A stretch of DNA of 63,789 nt, counting the filler, from Choristocarpus tenellus KU-1152 (Eukaryota > Protista > Phaeophyceae), in the NCBI GenBank assembly GCA_964200185.2. It is 13 parts of 13 records of this genome, joined end to end, with 100 filler letters (N's around TTAATTAATTAA, not from the genome) between each part and the next. Parts side by side here need not be neighbours in the genome. Positions count along the whole stretch, not along the records: positions 61,244 to 63,789 come from CAXNAD020026884.1; 12 more parts are not named here. One strand, written 5' to 3'. Shown here one piece after another: positions 61,327 to 63,789 of this stretch; the first letter of the stretch is position 1, and every line of letters begins with the position of its first letter. The translations under genes and the position numbers were made by a program. The notes beneath the pieces are model-generated. The model did not search any database. It was given only the letters and a program-made list of their open reading frames with translations, and had not been told where the DNA came from.

Positions 61327-63789
61327 GGCTGTGTGTCGGCATCTTCAATGCTCCACACACAGGATATTATTCGTCATTCATGTTCAATGTTTGTTACTAT
61401 GTGTATATGTGTGAGTGTGGAATGTAGCACTACTACCGCTTATATTTTGCTATGTGTACTAGTTATAATGAGTAGTCATGTACACAGAATTCAGTCGATA
61501 CTTTTTGTGTTTATGTTGTATTTGTTGTAATATGGCGAAGGTATGTGCAATGTAGTGTAATGTTTTTCGTTTTGTGGTTGTGTGTATCGTATCCCATACA
61601 TCGCGCAAACACACTATCACCACCACTACTATCACGACCTCATGGATTTACTCATTACTCTTGTATGGCATATGATGATGTGCCTAAAGCATCATTTTTT
61701 TCATAGTAGTGAGTGTTGGTCTTCCACCTGATGCCTCTTCTCTCACTCCTGCAACACCTCTCTTTACTCCTATTGTGACGCTTTGTGTTGTTGTAGATGT
61801 TTTAGTTGTAGTAGTACGATCAACTATTACTACTACGTTTTACAATTAATTGCTGACAGAGAGGCAGACAACACGAATGTATCACACATTAGATAATAGA
61901 TGAAAGAAATATATTTCCAAACTTAGAACTAGGCGGAAAGACAGTAGAGAATATATTCACCACAAAAAAAATCGTACACAACAATACAAAGTGGGACAGG
62001 TACACTACAACAATATGGTCCTCTTTATTTTATTATTATACCCTCTGACATTTTGCAGATGTGGAAGGGGAAGAACTAATGAGAACTATTCACATGTCTG
62101 AAAAATCCCTAAAGAAGTGACAGTTGTCACAAAAGTGAAAAAGATGATCGATCTCCTATTTTACTACTACATGTCCATGTTATACTACTGCCTCCCTGTG
62201 TCTCAAACCTATTCCTGCACCCCAGGGTGAGGAGCTAGGGAAGCATCCCACGAATCTAACAAACCCCTCCTTGCCCATCTCCCCGGTGACTCCAAGTGCA
62301 TACGATACGGTACTAGACTGGGCCTCATGCCAGTAACCTCCTCATCACCAGCGACAACCTTATGTATAAGAAAATCCCGGTTTTGTTCCCTCTCGCAAAA
62401 CCGAACGGCGACAAAACAATTTCTCTGGATTTCAAATATTCTGTGTTTTTAAACTTGATTTTACAGCTCCATTTCTTGTTAATCCTTCCCCCCTCCTACC
62501 TCCTACCACATGACGAGTTGCTAGGTCATATACATAAAAAATAAGACATTGAGGTTAAAACTAGGACATTCAAAAGATCCCTAGAAGTGGACACGCTGAC
62601 AGGCGTTGGCCACAGCATCAGTATGCCCCATTGCTGGCTTTGATGAGTTGAGGAGGTAGCAATCTGCTTTGTATTTCAAGCGAACATCACATCCATGTGT
62701 AGTCCCTTTTTTCCTGTAGACAGCAGCAACTATCACTTATAACTTAAATAGTCCAATTTTTTGCTGGACATACAAGTTTAGGGTATGACAAAGGATATTT
62801 CTTGTTTCCCTCTTAATCCTAACCCTAACTTCTACCTGTTGTGTAGTTCAGCAACGAGTTGTCAAACTACATCGACGAAATGGATAACCGAAGATGTGAT
62901 TCTCTGGAAGGGCCCTGACCAGTGATTGCCCTACAGCAAGAGATTAGTTCCATCTTGCCCACTTTCAAGTCAAACATACGTACCGACCCCACAGCTACAA
63001 GTATATGTACGTTTTTAGTTCCATAATCAAATTATGCAGAGGTAGGCACAGCCTCCGCTAGCCATACCCTACCCCTTCTACCCAGGCACACTCCCCCTGT
63101 GCCATATCTACTTTCTGCCTTTGTAATTCAATATTTTGTTCAACAATATCAGGAGTATGGTTGGCCTAAAACATAATTTTTTTAGCAGGATCCTGACCTG
63201 TGATATCTCCATCACAAATTTTGATTTGCCTGTTGTCCCCTTTGAAGCTAAAACTTATGCACTGACCCCACAGCTATACAACATGGACTTTTGTACAAAA
63301 GTAGTCATATCCAGCAGATTCTTCATGCCATGGAAATGACACGGGACAAAAACTCGACACCCAGTTGCATCTCGCTTTTGGAGAGATTGATTGGAGGATC
63401 AAAAGAAAGGTAGGTGTTTGAGATGCTCTGACTGGATAGAAATGTCAGTTGAATAAGTGGCATATGCCAGTTGTTGCTGACGATGTAGTCCTCTATGGTG
63501 TTTTCGTTCAGGGTCTTGAGGTCTTGGTGACAATTCAATGCTTGGTTATGCAGGGGTAAGGTTGAGCCCACAACGCCATGTAACATGGATCAATCAATAT
63601 CTACATTGTGGGGATCTCTCCTTTGGTGGGTCTAGGCCTGGCTTTCTTTTCAGGCTGGGCATCTATCACAGTCACTCTTCTTTGGGGCTGCTATTACTTG
63701 TACATCGAAAACATGCTTTGCAAATACAACCATACCCTGCAGGTCCGTCTATGTTACGGGATGTGACCCAATGTATCTGGGGAGGGGGG

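Noticed and set aside
63130-63740. Coding-like minus-strand stretch
   Set aside because: Stops occur in all frames after the candidate acceptor and there is no recognisable motif.

Overview
Eukaryotic nuclear DNA with short GT-AG exons, long repeat-rich introns, interstitial TTAGGG runs and a signal peptide plus ASAF-type plastid presequence. This points to a photosynthetic stramenopile, most likely a brown alga (inferred). The window is not one locus: about 13 contigs are joined by 100-nt artificial linkers (N44-TTAATTAATTAA-N44), so neighbourhood is meaningful only within a contig. Genes rebuilt by hand from splice sites: a CaMK-family kinase 3' part, an NCS2 purine permease last exon, a signal-peptide DnaJ head-to-head with a complete GT14 glycosyltransferase, an ARM-like last exon, a glycine-zipper repeat protein, a METTL21-like last exon, a mitochondrial Rieske protein exon, a FAIM-like gene, a plastid Mpv17/PMP22 gene head-to-head with a complete TMEM97/EXPERA gene, and five exons of a protist 'GHYxLD...FDYVS' domain protein. 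There is one well-folded but atypical tRNA-Pro(TGG). Mobile DNA is dominated by two related MITE families (~258 bp and ~180 bp, about 25 copies or fragments) that share a TIR core and a subterminal motif. Copia and mariner relics, probable piggyBac and LINE relics, and 42/43-bp minisatellites are also present. The best leads are the glycine-zipper toxin-like protein, the two-family MITE system whose TSD length tracks the terminal sequence, and the atypical tRNA.
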